From NCBI RefSeq assembly GCF_016433145.1, contig NC_058133.1, forward strand, positions 34,671,345 through 34,735,344: DNA of 64,000 nucleotides. The letters run 5' to 3'. This DNA is from Gracilinanus agilis. Lineage: Eukaryota. The translations under genes and the position numbers were made by a program. The notes below the pieces were generated by a model. That model did no database searches and was not told where the DNA came from. It saw only the letters and a list, made by a program, of their open reading frames with translations. Shown here in pieces: positions 33,400 through 46,741 of this stretch. Each line of letters starts with the position of its first letter. The stretch's first letter is position 1.

Positions 33400-35520
33400 G
33401 CCGCTGGGCACCTTCTCCCAGGTACCCTCTCCTCTCCTAGCCTCCAGGAGACACCTTTGTCTGGGTTCTCATTCCAACCCTCTGACCGTTCCTTCTGGAG
33501 TTCCTTTGCTGGATCCCACATTCTATTAACACTCTTCTCTTTACCTCAGTCCTCTTTTACGAAGGGTCCATTCTCTAGCATGAATGGAAACTAGGCTCCC
33601 CGCCACCCTCAAAGGCACTCTGGGCCCAGAGGAAGAGGAGGAGGCCAAACGCCAGCTTCTCATAGCCTCTGCTGCCATAACTCAGCAGCCTCTCTCCTCA
33701 GAGGTTTGCTCCATTCATCTCCATCATCCTGCCAAGATACCAGACGTCTCCTGACCCCGAGGAATTCCAGCCCCTGCCCCCTGCCCTCAATCAGCCCCTC
33801 AAACTTTGGGACTTTAATATATCCTCCAACAGGGCCTCAGACCCCGATTCCCAGGTCAATCACCAGTTCCATTATACCGTTCCTCCCCCAGCACCTGGAA
33901 GAGTTCCAGTCATCACCCAGAACTCAACGTTCTTCCATCTCCCCCTAAAGCTTGCTGTCTCCCTCCTATTGAGTCTTTGGGGCGACTCTATGACTCTCAG
34001 AGCCCTTCGTCCTGAACCACGAGAGCGGTCCCAAGGGGCGATGGGCTGGCCACCCTTTGAGGAGCTGGCTCCGAGCTCCTTCTCGGCCGTTGGAGGGGGA
34101 TCGCTTTCCCTTGTCAGTGGGCCCCTGACCTCATGGTGGAGGAGCTCGGAGCTTCCCACCATGCTTGACCCCCTTCCCTTTGCCCTCTCGCTCTCATGCC
34201 TGGTCAAACCTCAGCTCTGGGTTGGTCCCACCATCCTGACTTCTCACTTCCTACTGGGATCTGCTGAATACCCCCAACTAAAGCACAATCAATCCAGCGT
34301 ACTTATTATATGCCTACTGTGTGCATGGCCTAAGCGATACAAGTGCCAGGAGCTCCCATTCTAAGCAGATGTCAGTCTGCAAAAATAGACACAGCATAAA
34401 GAGAAAGTGAACAAAGTACTTCAGTACCAGGGGTTTGGGAGGGAGGGCACCAGCAGCTGGGGTGGGGGAGTTCTTCCCTGACTGACTCTCCTAACACCCT
34501 CAAAGCTTTCTGTCCCAGATTCTATAGCTGCTCCTCATTCCCTCTCATCAGAGGACCTCCCTGGCTTTATGGAAGGCTGAGGCCATTTGGTGGAGTTCCC
34601 TGATCTTCTCTATTCTCCATCCCAGACCCCTCAACATCCTCCCCAGTGAAGAGGCCAAGGCCAGTCCCTCTGCCTATCACCTTAATTCCCTCCCATCCTT
34701 TCTCTTCTAGGAGTTTGCCTCTCCCATCTTCATTCTCCTGGTTCCTTCCTGCCCACCCCCCTTCCTATCTCCAAACATATGCAGGTCTACCCTTTCCTTA
34801 AAACAACACAACCTTCGATGACTGTCATCCCTTTGAGCTACTCTCCTCCCTTTCTCAGCCAAACTCCTAGAAAAAGCTGTTTCTACTCTGTCTCCCCTCA
34901 ATCACTTCTTGGCCCCTTCTGACCTATCTTCCGAAGGATGGGAAAAATCCCTCTCACTGTCTGTTGGTCTGTCTGCCTGCCTGCCTGTCTGTCTCTCTCC
35001 CTCTCCCTGCCCATTGGCCCAATCACCACATGGATCACACATCCCCTTTTATCTCCATTCTCATGGCTCCGGCCCAGTTTTGGCCCTGTCACCTTACATT
35101 GGGATTACTGTGATGACCTTCTAACTGGTCCCCCTGCCTCAAGTTTCTCCCCTCTCCAATCTAACCTCAGCCGCCAAAGTAAGTTTCCTGAAATTCGTGC
35201 CTGACCATATTGTCCCCCAACTCAACAGCCCCCTGCAGTTCCCTCTGGCCTTTGAGTTCAAATACAAAGTCCTCTGGCTTTTGGAGGCCTTCTTCCCTGG
35301 CCCCTTCTTTTCTATACTGGCTGAGCCCCCATTCCTGGCTTCCTCCAAGGCTCAGTTCAATCCCTAACCCCCAGCTCACCTTGGACTCTCAGGTCTCCTT
35401 CATCTCCTCTGTGTAGATCTTACCTGCTTATACAGTTGTCTCCCTTATTAGAGTGGGAAACCAATAAGGGCAGAGCCTCTGTCTTTGCCTTTCTTCATAG
35501 TCCCAGGGCTTAGGATATAG
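33400..35520 (+). mobile_element. Fragmented L2 LINE remnants
   Basis: Pyrimidine-rich L2-like blocks (e.g. CTTGACCCCCTT..CAAACCTCAGCTCTGGGTT..CCCACCATC; GATTACTGTGATGACCTTCTAACTGGTCCCCCTGCCTCAAG), ending in an AAGCACTTAATAGATATTTG-type tail. Boundaries approximate. Confidence 0.6.
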
Positions 35521-38500
35521 GAAGCACTTAATAGATATTTGTGGCCTGACTGCCTCTCAGAGGTTATCAGCCATTTCTGAGCCTCAAGTCTGAGAGTCTG
35601 TCCTCAGCCTTCATCCCCTTGACCTCTGTCACTTTCAGCTCTCGGATCATCTCTTCCTCCCTGAACCTCTTTTTTCCCTTGGCTTTCAGGACACGGTTCT
35701 TCTGGTTTTCATCCTCCCTCTCTGACTGTTCCCTTGCTGTGTCATCAGTCATGCTGCACTCCCTAATTGTGGATGCCTGCCCAAGTACTCTGGCCTGGGT
35801 CCCTTTTCTCCCTCCCTCTCAATGGTTCCATCATCTCCCATAGGGGTTAAAAAAAAATTCTTACCTTCTGTCTTACTATCAGTTTCAAGACAGAAGAAAG
35901 GCAAAGGATAGGCAATGAGGTTAAAAGACTTACCCAGGGTCACATGGCTAGGAACTATCTGATTTGAACCTAGGACCTCCCAACTGCGGGGCTGGCTCTC
36001 TATCCACTGTCTACCTAGTTTCCTCATCCCCCATTGGTTTAAGGATCATTTCTCTCCTGAGTTCCAGGCCCAAATTCTCATTTCCCTTCTAGATATTTCT
36101 ATCTGGAAGTTCTATAGGAATTTCTGAACCCACATGACCTCCCAGAAGCCCTGCTAAGCACATCCAGCCTCTGGACTTCACTCTTTCACTTACAAGAACC
36201 ATTCATAACTGCGCTGGGACTTTAGCATCACAGCTTAAAATTCAAGCATGACAGGCTCCTGGCCAGGGATGGAGTATAGCTAAGAAGAACTGATAAGAAG
36301 GTATCCGCTCAGTCTTGCAAATCTAAAAAGAAAGATTCCCCCCTGAAAAAGAAGGGGATGGAGACATGGCCAGCACCCCTCCACTGCGCTAGACACAAGA
36401 GACCAGCTATATCATAGGAAGGTGAGTCGCCGCACGGGTGTAGACAGCCACACATTTCAGAAAGAAGCCACACTAAAGCCCAGGCCTCAGATGTCTGTAC
36501 GCAAAGGCACGGAGTAGAATGAACTGGAGAGTCGAAGGCCAGAAGGCAAACTTGATCTTCCAAACACCATGGAGACTTGGTGGGATGAGATTCCTGACTT
36601 GAATAGGGCTCTGGAATCACATACCTTATTCAAAAGAAACAGGATAGGGGAAGAAGGGGTGGGACAAAGGAGTATTGTCTGTTGGGAAGATATAGTCGTG
36701 TCAGAAAATGCAGGCACCCCAGTGGGAGGAGAGGGGGCAGAGGAAGCTCCGAAGAGGCAGTGTGGTCAGAAGAATCCATACTGTCACCAGAGAAGACGAG
36801 ACCATGGGGCACAAAGAAGACAAAGACGAGGAGTCTGGGAAACAGATCCAAGCGCCTGGGGGTGACATTCATCATTCAGACATGAGATGAATCTCTCTCT
36901 GACAAAAGCAGTTCAGCTCAATTCAAGATGCCTTTATTAAGTTATTATTAACACCATGCCATGGACTACATACTGTGCTCATCATTGGAGATAAGTAAGG
37001 AGGTGGCAGACTGGGTGGAGCCTGGAGACAGGAAGACTTGAGTTCAATTCCAGCCTTAGTAACTTCCTGGCTGTGTGACCCTGGGCAAGTCATTTCACGT
37101 CTGGCTGCCTTAGTTTCTTTAACTGTAAAATGGGGATGATGATAGCACTTATCTCCCAGGGTTGTTGTAAGGATCATATGAGATAACAATTATAAATGCA
37201 CTTAGCAGAGTGTCTGGTGGCACATAGCTGTTATTGTTGTGGCTAGTGTTATTGTCATTATTATAAAAATAACCACAAAATAGCTCCTTACCTCGGGGAG
37301 TTTGCAATGTGTATTTAAAGTCAATTCAAAGTAATGTTGAGGGAATGAGAGCATTAAAGGTGGGGGGACCAGGAGTTGGCTCATGGACTGGCACTGAAGT
37401 TGAGCTTTGGAGGCAGTGGTAAAGAAGGGCATTCCAAGCAGGGCAAAGGCATGGAGATGGGAGATGGATTGAATATGACCATCAAGAGTGGGAAACACCT
37501 AGGAAAGCCTTGGTTTGCCTCTGATCCCTTTATCCTTCACAAGGTGGAAGAACCAACAAAGGGCCTTATTTAGAGATGGAGATGAAGCATGCAGGTCGGG
37601 AAGGAAAGAGCAGGCTCCAAAGAGAGATACCTCCATTGGGCTCACTGCTGATCTGATCTAAGAAGACAAATTTAAGAAGGGAGAAATGGTGACATCCAGG
37701 CCCCAAAATCCTGTTTCCCAAGCACAAGACGGGCAAAGCACAGCTTTGAAAAGAAGCTGGGCGGGGGGTGGGGTCAGTGGACTAAAGACTCAATTGGAGT
37801 CAATCCCACCCCTACAGCTCAGCTGTCTGAGGCTGGACTGAGAAGAACCAAGTGTTTGGGACAAGGCTGGGTGGGTGGGTGGGGGTGATGGCCGGGGGGC
37901 GCCTGGTAAATTCTGCCCTGATCAGGACACAGGTGGAGGCTCACATGCAGTTGTGAGCACTACATTTTAGGAACTTCCCTGGTTGGAGAGTGTCCAAAGG
38001 AGAGAGTGTAGACCAGTGCAAAGGCTGGAGATTGTCTCACATTAGGCCCAGGCAAAGTGATGGGAGTGCTGCCTGGAGATAGGAGGGAGCTGGAGGGGGG
38101 GGGGGGGAATATGCAGAGCTGCCAAGTGGAAGGAGGGGGATCCTAGCCAACCCGAGGGAGAAGAGGCAGTCACCCAAAGATGATGACAGCTTCCATCATT
38201 TCCAGTGGGAGGCAGATGGCCCACAGTTCAGAGGATGGTTTGGAGGTGAGCCGTCTCAGGTCAGGGGCTGATGCCCTCAATCCAGGGCACTTTCCTCCCT
38301 GGGATTTGTGGCTCTTCCCTTCTGTTTCTGAAGGCTTTGGGAGGGTGCTTTCTGTAGGCCTATCCACTTCCCTAGGGAACAGGGAGGCAGGAACTGCTGG
38401 TGGTCCTAAAATAGCCTTACACAGATTTTTGCAAGCCTGGCCTCAAAGGCTAGGACACCTCAGTCCAACAGATGAATAAAAACCTGTGAGTAGGCTTTCC

Positions 38501-39059
38501 AGACGAGGACTCGCTCTCTCACCCTGGGCTCCCCAAGTGCAGTCCCAAAGCAGATTTCAGACCCCTTGAGCTCCCCCAGCCCCATACTTGCCTCGCCTCT
38601 GTGGTCTCAGGCTGCAGATGCCCCTCAAGGCAACTTCCAGGCTCCTGAGACCCAGACACTGAACTAGGGAGGCCAAGCCTAGACCTGGGGCCCTTCAGAA
38701 GGGATTCCTGATTGCTGAGTAGCTGTTTACCAGACACGAAAGTCCCGTTCCCCCTACTCCACCACCACCTCCCAGCCCCCCTACATACATGTAGACTGCC
38801 TGTCTGGGAGCGGGAACTCCCAGGGGTAGGGGGCAGGCTTGGGTCAGGACCACACCCGCTGGAGCAACCCCCCTCATTTCTGCCTCCCCTGCAGGGATGG
38901 AGGAGGCCCAGGCTTCAGGCCTGAGCCTTTCAGCAGGACAAGTCAGCCATGCAGCAACACATTTCCCATCCTGTGAAGAAGGAATAAGGAACTGGTGGGT
39001 GAGAAGCTTGGAGGCTGGGCTGGGAAAGCCTAGGGAGCACAAGAGGATTGCTGCCATCA

Positions 39060-39460
39060 GGGGCACCTCATCCTTCCCAAGCAGATGTGACTACAGCATC
39101 CCTATCCTGGTCCATCCCCCAGGCTCATTTTCCTGATATTAAACCTAAATTGTCCCCTTGAGAATTGTCCCCATGTATTGCCCCTAGTTCTACCCTGTGG
39201 GGGTGGCATGCAGGACCAGTCTAGTCCTACATCTCCAGGACAGTCCTTCACACACTGGAAGGCAGCTCTCACAATCCTGAGTCTTCCCTTCTCCAAACTA
39301 AACATGCCCACCTCCGTCAGCCTACCCTCCTATGACATGGACCCAAGGTCTTCCTCATTGTGGGTTCCCTCTTCTGGACCTTCCCTTGCCAGCTTCTCAG
39401 TGTCCTTCCTAAGTCATGCCACTCAGAAATGAGCACAAGCTCCAGATGTGTTCTGACCAG
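39060..39460 (-). mobile_element. CR1/L3 ORF2 C-terminal remnant
   Basis: Minus peptide 'GMFSLEKGRLR...PQGRTRGN...GQFRFNIRK' resembles CR1 'LFSLEKRRLRGD...GRTRSNG...GRFRLDIRK'. Confidence 0.75.
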
Positions 39461-39822
39461 AGCTGAGGATGGAGGCACTCACCCTCCCTACCTGAAGGCC
39501 TAGAAGATCTACCCAAGATCTTGTGAGCCTGGGGGGGTGCCAAAGTGAGCTGCTGCCTCCTCTAGAGTTGGCAGGCACTGAGAGGGCCACCATGCTGCCA
39601 GCCTTCGTGCATCAGCCAAATGTGAGTTAGTAGTCCTGTTCTTACTGTTATTAGGACCACTGTGGCTGCCAGGATGCCCATTGCACCTTCCGGTTAGCCT
39701 GGCTTCGCTTCTCGCCTGTCTGCCCTTGCCCGTAGGAGCTCGAGGCTCCTTGTGCATCACTTGGGGCTCTCTACATATTGTCAGAATTGTTTCTCTTTGT
39801 GTCTTCAGAATTTCACCCCCAA

Positions 39823-40038
39823 GATGTAGACTCTAAGGGATCACCCTAACATAAATATCAATAATATGGAAATAGGTCTTAATCAATGACACATGTAAAA
39901 CCCAGTGGAATTGTGTGTTGGCTATGGGAAGGGGTGGGAGGAGGGGAGGGAAAGAACATGAATCATGGAACCATGGGAAAATATCCCAAATTAATTAATT
40001 AAATAAAAGTTTTCAAAGCACAAAAAAAAATAAAAATA
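39823..40038 (+). mobile_element. Short 5'-truncated L1 3' end (216 bp)
   Basis: Nearly the same sequence as 57830-58010, A-rich tail, 16-bp TSD AGAATTTCACCCCCAA at 39807-39822 and 40039-40054. Confidence 0.85.
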
Positions 40039-40199
40039 AGAATTTCACCCCCAAACCCTGGCCAAGTAGTCCAGGGAGTACCACCTCTCCTTCCTCTGAC
40101 CCAGTCCTTTGGAATCTGCTCTCCCCCAATCCCAGGACCATTCAGATGAGCCCTGGATTTCTTCTGCTGCTTTCCCACAAATTCTGAGAAGAGTAAAAA

Positions 40200-41370
40200 A
40201 AAATACACTAATAATTCTGATCATTTTAAGCCTCAGCTAGACCTTCTTTCTTGTGGCTGAGGAGCAGATCCAGAAGGCAAGGTGAGAAGTTCAATGTTCC
40301 GCTTTAGGTTGAGAAGAGACTTATCTGCAAAACTGAGATCCTCCATCTCTACTCTGTCATGGTCCTGGCCTGAGGGGATCTGTTTCCCAACACCTTCTGC
40401 CCTTCTCCTTCTAGACCCTTCAGCTGCCATGGCCTCAGTGATTAACTTTGTGCTGATAATTCTTAGATCTACTGAACTTGACCTCCAGTTTCATGTCTAC
40501 AACATTTAGACCTCTCAAACTGGATGTCGTGCAGACATCTGAACTCAGCACATTCCAAAAAGAACTCATTCTCTTTCTCTCCAAACTCCTTCTTCCTTCA
40601 AACTTCTCCATCTCTGTCGAAGGCATCATCCTTCCATCCCCCAGGCTCAGCCCCCAGGGGCCATCCTCAGCTCCTCACTCCTTTACCCCACCCCACCTCA
40701 TGTCCAATCTATGGCCAAGGCCGTCTCTCAAAATGCCCCCTTCTCTCCTCGGACGCTGCCACCACACTGGGGCCTGCCCTCATCAGCCCATGCTTGGACT
40801 ACTGCAATGTCCTGTTGGTGGGTCTGCCTGCCTCGAGTCTCTCTCCTCTCCAATCCATCCTCCCTCACGTCCCAGAGATCTCCTAAAAGTGCAGATCACA
40901 TCCCACCCCTGGCTCACACCCCACAGGCTCCCAGCACTCCTCTGTTCGTTCTCAAAATCCTCCCTAACTCAGTCCCCTCCTTGCTTTCCAGTCTTCTGGC
41001 TCTTTACTCCCCACCAGGCACTTTGTGATCTGGTGACACAGGCCTTCTCACTGCTTCTCCATCCTTGTTGGCTACCCCCAGGCCTGGAATGTTCTTCCTC
41101 CTCATCGGTCTGCTGGCTTTCCTCCGTCCTGGCTCAAACCCCAACTACTACAGGAAGCCTTTCCCGTTCTGCCTCACCACCAGCGTCTTCCTTCTGATCC
41201 TCTCCAGTCCACTGTGCCTAGAGCTGGTTTGTCCTTCATTGCCTGCATGTCATGCCCCCACCTCCCCATTAGACTGTGGGCCCTTCTGTTGCACGGACTG
41301 TCTTTGTATCCTCAGGGCTTAGGACCGTGCCCGGCACACAACTGGCACTTAACGAATGTTTGCTTAATGA
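40200..41370 (+). mobile_element. L2 LINE 3' portion
   Basis: L2-like blocks (CTCAAACTGGATG..CAGACATCTGAACTC; TTGGACTACTGCAAT..CTGCCTGCCTCGAGTCTCTCTCCTCTCCAATCCATCC) ending GGCACTTAACGAATGTTTGCT. Confidence 0.7.
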
Positions 41371-44012
41371 CTGACAGACTCTCATGTATTTCCTCCTTCT
41401 GTCCTGGTGGTATTTAGTGTACTCTGATGACAATTTGCTTCTCTCCGGGGCCTGGCCTGCCTCCCCTCTGTGTACATTGCTCCTTCATGGTCCTCGCCCC
41501 CATATAAAACCCATCCTGTTTCCTGTTCCCAAAGTACACGATTCCCATTTACAGAGCTCATCCCACCAAGACTCCTGTTTGTTCTACTTTGGGCCTCTGT
41601 ACAAACACTGGAGGCCGCTGACTTCTTTCTTGGACTTCTGGGTATCTCTGCGCTTCCTAGGCTGTAGCTGCTCTCTGTGCTTTGTGGCTAGGTGGAGGGA
41701 CATGGGCAGTTTTCTCTCTTCCCCTTCTTTTTTCCAGTAGAAATCTTTTAATTAAATTTGCAAGACTCCTAACAAATACTTTCTATTCAGTCCTTTTTAA
41801 TACACTCCTTCCCTGGCCAGGAGTCTGTCGTTCCCATATTTTAAGCTGTGGCCCAGAGAACCAAATCCCAAGTTCAGGCACCATCTTCTTAAGCAGCTCT
41901 GCCTTTCTCTTTGGAATCCTTGCCTCAAACTAGCTGGTAACACCCACTGTTTTCCACTTCCTCACCTCTTACACACTGGCCAACCCTTTGCAGGCTGGCT
42001 TCTAATCTCACTGGGCAGAAGGGGCTCTCTCCAAAGTTACCAGCATCTCGTCATTGCCAAATCCAACGCACTTTCTCCATCCTCAACCTTCCTGCCCTCT
42101 CTGAAGGCTCTGACAGAGCAGATGGCCTTCTCCTCCCTAGATTTTTATGTCCTGGCTCCCTCTGGGCCCTGTCCTGGGCCCTTCCTCTCCACACCATTTC
42201 CCTGAAGAGAGCTCAGAGACCCAGCTCTCTAGTCCTTGACTCTCCGGATCCCCAGCAAGTCCCTGTCATAGACTTTCCATGAGACATTTCTACCTGGATG
42301 CTGCTGACATTCCAAACTCCACACGTCCAAGACAAAACTCAGTAGCTTCCCCCTGGCCATCCCTTCTTTGAACTTCCCTGTTAACTCCGGAGGACCCTGC
42401 CCTTGGGATGTCTCCCAGGCTCACAATAGGGGCATCATCCTCGACTCTCCACTTTCCAGCACTCACCCTATGGAATCAGTGGCTGAGTCTTTCTGCAAGT
42501 TCCCGTCTCCAGGCCCGGCTCTAACCGGTGGGCCACCTCACTGCCCACATCTTCTGCACCTCTGTCCCCTCTCTCTCCCTCCATTCACACACGTCCATGC
42601 ATGCGCACACAGTCACCCCCCTGGTTAAAGCCTTCGTCCCCTCTCACCTGGCCTCTGGCAGCAGCCTCCTAACTGGCCTCCCTGCCTTCAGGTTCTCCCC
42701 TCTCCAGTTCATCTTCCACCCAGCTGTCAAAGTTATCTTCAAGCTCAGGTCTGACCACGGCACTCTTCTGATCAATAAACTCCAGTGGCTCCCTAGTATA
42801 CAGATTCCTCTATTTGGCTCCAAATCACCCATCCAGGAATATTACCTTGGGCTCCTTCATACACTCTGTGGTTCTACCATAGAGTCTAGTTCATGCAATA
42901 GAGTCGGGAGGACCTGAGTTCAAATCTAGCCTCAGAAACTTATTGGCTAGTAAGTCACCAACTAGTGACCCTGGACAAATCATTCCCTCTCCATGTGCAG
43001 CTTTCTCCACTGTAAAATAAGGATAACACTAGCATTTAGCCCCTCGGAAGATAAAGGGCAGAGAAGCCACTGACCACCCACGTGCCTTCTGCATCAGATC
43101 ACAACACAGTAAAAGGCAGAGGCAGAGGCAACGGGCCTTCAGCGAAGTGGGCACAGGACCTAAATCTGGGCACACTGCGGGCATTTGCCAAAGGATCTGG
43201 CAGGACAGTGAGAGAGAAATGATGTAGAACAGATTCTTGGGTATTTTTACCCCGACCTCCTCTCGCTGCAGTGATGGGAATAACCACGTGGGACCCCCCC
43301 ACCGATCCCCAGGGTAGAGGAAGCCTCCAGCTCCTGGTGCCAGCCTCCAGGCCTGCCCTCACCAGCCTTACGTTCTGTACACAAATTGCTTTTGCTAAGT
43401 AACTTTAGAAGGTAAAACTCCAAGAAAGTCCTCATGGGCAAGGTGAGCCACGAGCAGAGCCCTTAGGAAGTCTGAGATTCTACATCAGGAAGACCTGAGT
43501 TCAGATCCTGCTTCTGACACTTACAAACTGAGTGGCCCTGAGCACTTAACAGCTCCCAGTCTCTCATCTGTAAAATGGGGATTACATCTACTCTGCACAG
43601 TTGTTGTGAGGATCAAAGGAGATGACAGAGAGCTTCACAAGCTTTAAACACTACAAATTTTGAGTAATAGCAACAATGCTCCATTTCTATCATACGTCAG
43701 ACATCTTAAATTGCTCCTCCGGCTCACCAGCTGATCGCTCAATGGTGAACTTATCCCTGAGGCAGGCCACCCCTCCTCCCATCATGCTTTGGGCTGCAGG
43801 TCCTGACCCAGCACAGACTCAGGGGGCAGTGGGGAAAGCTCAGGGGGTACTCGTGGGGCTACGAGTTGTCTCCTGGCGGGCAAAGCCTCACGAGAGCCGC
43901 TTTGCAGGGCACCAGCCCATCCTGACCCCTGCTTCATGAGCCAGGGTGCCCCTGCCCGGGGCGGGGGGCGGTGCCAGAGGGAGGTCAGGAGGCCCAGGCC
44001 AGGCCGGCTCAC

Positions 44013-44199
44013 CACTTTCTCCTTGTAGACGATGTACTTGAGCCACTTGAAGTCTTGCCACTTGAAGCCAGCCAGGACAAAGAGGGAGTCCTTCTCGTAC
44101 TCCTCCGGCCGCTGCATGGCGCCCTCGGGATAGGTGATGCGCAGGGTGGTCTTGCCCCCAACGTCCTTCTCAAAACCCTTCACCGGCGCCGAGTTCAGC
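44013..44199 (-). CDS. ST3GAL3: ST3GAL3 coding exon (187 nt): (R)LNSAPVKGFEKDVGGKTTLRITYPEGAMQRPEEYEKDSLFVLAGFKWQDFKWLKYIVYKEKV, second half of sialylmotif L
   Basis: Acceptor CACTTTGCTAG|, donor GTG|GTGAGC, phase 2/0. Confidence 0.97.
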
Positions 44200-44394
44200 C
44201 TAGCAAAGTGTGCTCTGTGTTGGTCCCCAGTTGTCCCGGCAGAGCCCTCCCCCTCTCTGCTCCCAGCCTCAGTTTCCCCATCCATAGCAGTCATGGAAGC
44301 AGCTTATGGAGGGAACCCCAGGAGCCCCCAGCCGTCCCTCGAGGACAAGGGAAAACAAAGCAAACGGGCCTGCCCTTCCCTCTCTGCAGCTCAC

Positions 44395-44490
44395 CTGACC
44401 ACGATGTCATAGTCATCGATCCGGGCTCCCAAGGACTTGTTGGCAAGGACGCCCCCATTCCCTATGATGATGCAACGACGGCAGCTGAGG
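44395..44490 (-). CDS. ST3GAL3: ST3GAL3 coding exon (96 nt): (S)LSCRRCIIIGNGGVLANKSLGARIDDYDIVV(R), first half of sialylmotif L
   Basis: Acceptor GTCGCCCCCCAG|, donor CAG|GTGAGC, phase 2/2. Confidence 0.97.
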
Positions 44491-45117
44491 CTGGGGGGCG
44501 ACAGCAGAAGCTCCTTGAGCTGGTCCAAAGCCCAGGAACAATGGCTGGTGGCCCCGGGCCCACCCTCTGCACAGGGAGCTTCGCCCACTCCACTGGGGAG
44601 CAGGGGCAGGGCTGGTCCATCATCTTCCCAGAACCCTGTGACTTGTATGGGACCCTCAGGCCAGGGGGCCACGTGCCTGGGCTCTCTGGGTCTGGATTGG
44701 GGTCTGTTCCAGTGTCAGGGTGAGGGCAGAAGGGGAGCAGACAGGGGAGAAGGCGGTGTGACTGCACAGGATACAAGGAAGACTTGCACCAAAGCAGGGG
44801 CAGCCCACCCAGGGGCCAGTGGGGGAAGAGAAAAGCCTGGACCGCGAGAGCTGCCCAGGGAGGAGGTCTCTTGTGGGGGATGCTGCGGGGGCATCTTTGT
44901 TCAAATTTGGGGTGGACATGTGGCTTCTGAGCTCCTTTCTCATTCTGACTCTATGAGGGCAGAAGAGAGGGGAGGGCCAGGGAGAGCTGAGGAGGGCAGG
45001 GGAGGCTGATGGGGAGGGACCCCGGCTCTTCTCTGACACTTCTGGGGCAAGGCAGAGAGCTGCCATGTTCCACTTGGCCCCAGGGCCTGCAAGGGGCCCG
45101 TGAGCTCAGGGCCTCAC

Positions 45118-45181
45118 CTGTCCAGGGCAGGGGTCAGGCGATACTCTTTGGTGGCTGACAGGATGGCTTTGATCAGGTTAT
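45118..45181 (-). CDS. ST3GAL3: ST3GAL3 coding exon (64 nt): (D)NLIKAILSATKEYRLTPALD(S)
   Basis: Acceptor TTCTTTGTCCCACAG|, donor CAG|GTGAGG, phase 1/2. Not in the ORF track; found by reading the minus strand. Confidence 0.95.
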
Positions 45182-45934
45182 CTGTGGGACAAAGAAGACT
45201 GGTTTAGAAGGTCTGACTGGAAGTCTTCTGCAAAGGCCACTTGGAAGCTTCTCTGGACAGCCATCATTTGAGCTATGATCCCTGAGGACCTGGGAATTGA
45301 GGCCTGAACGCTGGCCGCCACCTGCTGGGAGACGGTGCTGGGTATTTGAATATCTCTAAACAAATGTCCAGCTGGGCTCCTGCCAGGACCAACTTTGGAG
45401 AAGTGGTTGCCTGCACCAGGGAAGAAGCTGCCTGCGTAGCTCTCCCCTGCTCCATCCCTCCACCCCCTCAGGAGGCCACCCCAAATGCTGGCTGTCAGCA
45501 CTGCCTTGCTGGGCTGTAACTCATCAGGTTTGGCCCTGGCCACTAGACTTCTGGTTCTTCCCAGCTCCTTCCTCCCCTCTGGACACCATCCTGGCCCTGC
45601 AGCTCCCCCCAGACTCTTGTCAGTTGTAGCTCTGGAGGCCCCCATTAAGCAGCAGGGAGAGCTGGAGCCTGGGCCGACCAAAGCTCAGGCAGAAGGGCAG
45701 GGGCAGGCTGTCTCATCCTGGACAAGTGGAACACAGCCAGGCCATTTCCAGAATCCAGGCCCTTCCTTCTGCATGTGGACAGGTCAGTGCAGGCCCTGCT
45801 CCCTCTCAGCTTCTTCCCCCCTCCCTTTCCTAGAAGGCCATCACTGTGCCCAAAGGGCCCCAGGCCACCAGCAGCCCTGTCTCTGGACTCAGGAGTGCCC
45901 AAATAGAAAGTTTGCACATTATACTCTTACAGGA

Positions 45935-46065
45935 AGAGACAAGACAGACAGAGTGAGCATAAGAGAGACAGAGACATAGGCAGAGAATGAGAGACAGAGA
46001 GTAAGGGAGAGACAGACAGAGACACTGAGACAGAATAAGAGAGAGACAGAGTGGGAGAGAGCTCC
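45935..46065. repeat. GA/CAGA-rich low-complexity tract
   Basis: Visible directly in the sequence. Confidence 0.85.
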
Positions 46066-46646
46066 CCAGGGAGGGAAAGGGACTTGCCCATGGCCTCACA
46101 GCCAGGACTCCCAAGTCCATGGCTTTCCCCCATAGCTGAGGCTGCCCTCATTTCTGCAGGAGGGCACATGCCCATCTATGTAAGAAAGTAGGACACTTTG
46201 GTTCCCCCCACAACCCCCACAGTCCAACCAGTCCTTCCTCTTGCTTTTCCATGCCCCATCACCCAGGCCTGGAATGCCCTGCCTCCCTCACCTCCAGCCC
46301 CAGAGCCCCTTGCTTCCTGCAAGCTCAGTGTGAGCACCACTTCTGGGGTGGTGCCAGGTCCCCCAGACCCGGGGCTTCTCCCTGCACAAACACCTGGCAT
46401 TTCTTCTCGCTCTCCACTTACAGACCCCCAGCGCCGCCTTCCTGCAGGTCAGAATAAAAGCTCCGAGGGGCAGGAGCTCGATTCTTTTGTGGCAGGGGCT
46501 TGAACAAATACTTGTCCACTGCCCTAAATCCAAATCCAGCCCCTTCTCCTCAGCCTGACTCTTCCTCCGGGGCCCAGGGCTGACCAGTTTGCTGTCTGGG
46601 AAGGGAGGGCAGGGAGGGATGTCAGGGCCCAGGCCCCCCAACCTAC

Positions 46647-46741
46647 CTTGTCCTTTAATTCCAAAGGGTGGCACGAAGTCTCGGATGCGGGCCCATTTGC
46701 GGAAGGAGTCATCCAAGAACATGGGTGCAGGTCTGGAGAAT
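46647..46741 (-). CDS. ST3GAL3: ST3GAL3 coding exon (95 nt): (R)FSRPAPMFLDDSFRKWARIRDFVPPFGIKGQ; most 5' exon visible in the window
   Basis: Acceptor CTCTTTTTCCAG|, donor AAG|GTAGGT, phase 2/1. I found no further upstream exon in 46742-64000. Confidence 0.97.

Noticed and set aside
44200-44672. In-frame upstream extensions of two ST3GAL3 exons (ORFs starting 44672 and 44294) and possible retention of the 195-nt intron
   Set aside because: Canonical acceptors explain the exon starts. Retaining the intron gives AGG TGA, an immediate stop.
43971-44723. 250-aa + strand ORF antisense to the sialylmotif-L exons
   Set aside because: A shadow ORF from the GC3-rich codon usage of the real exons.
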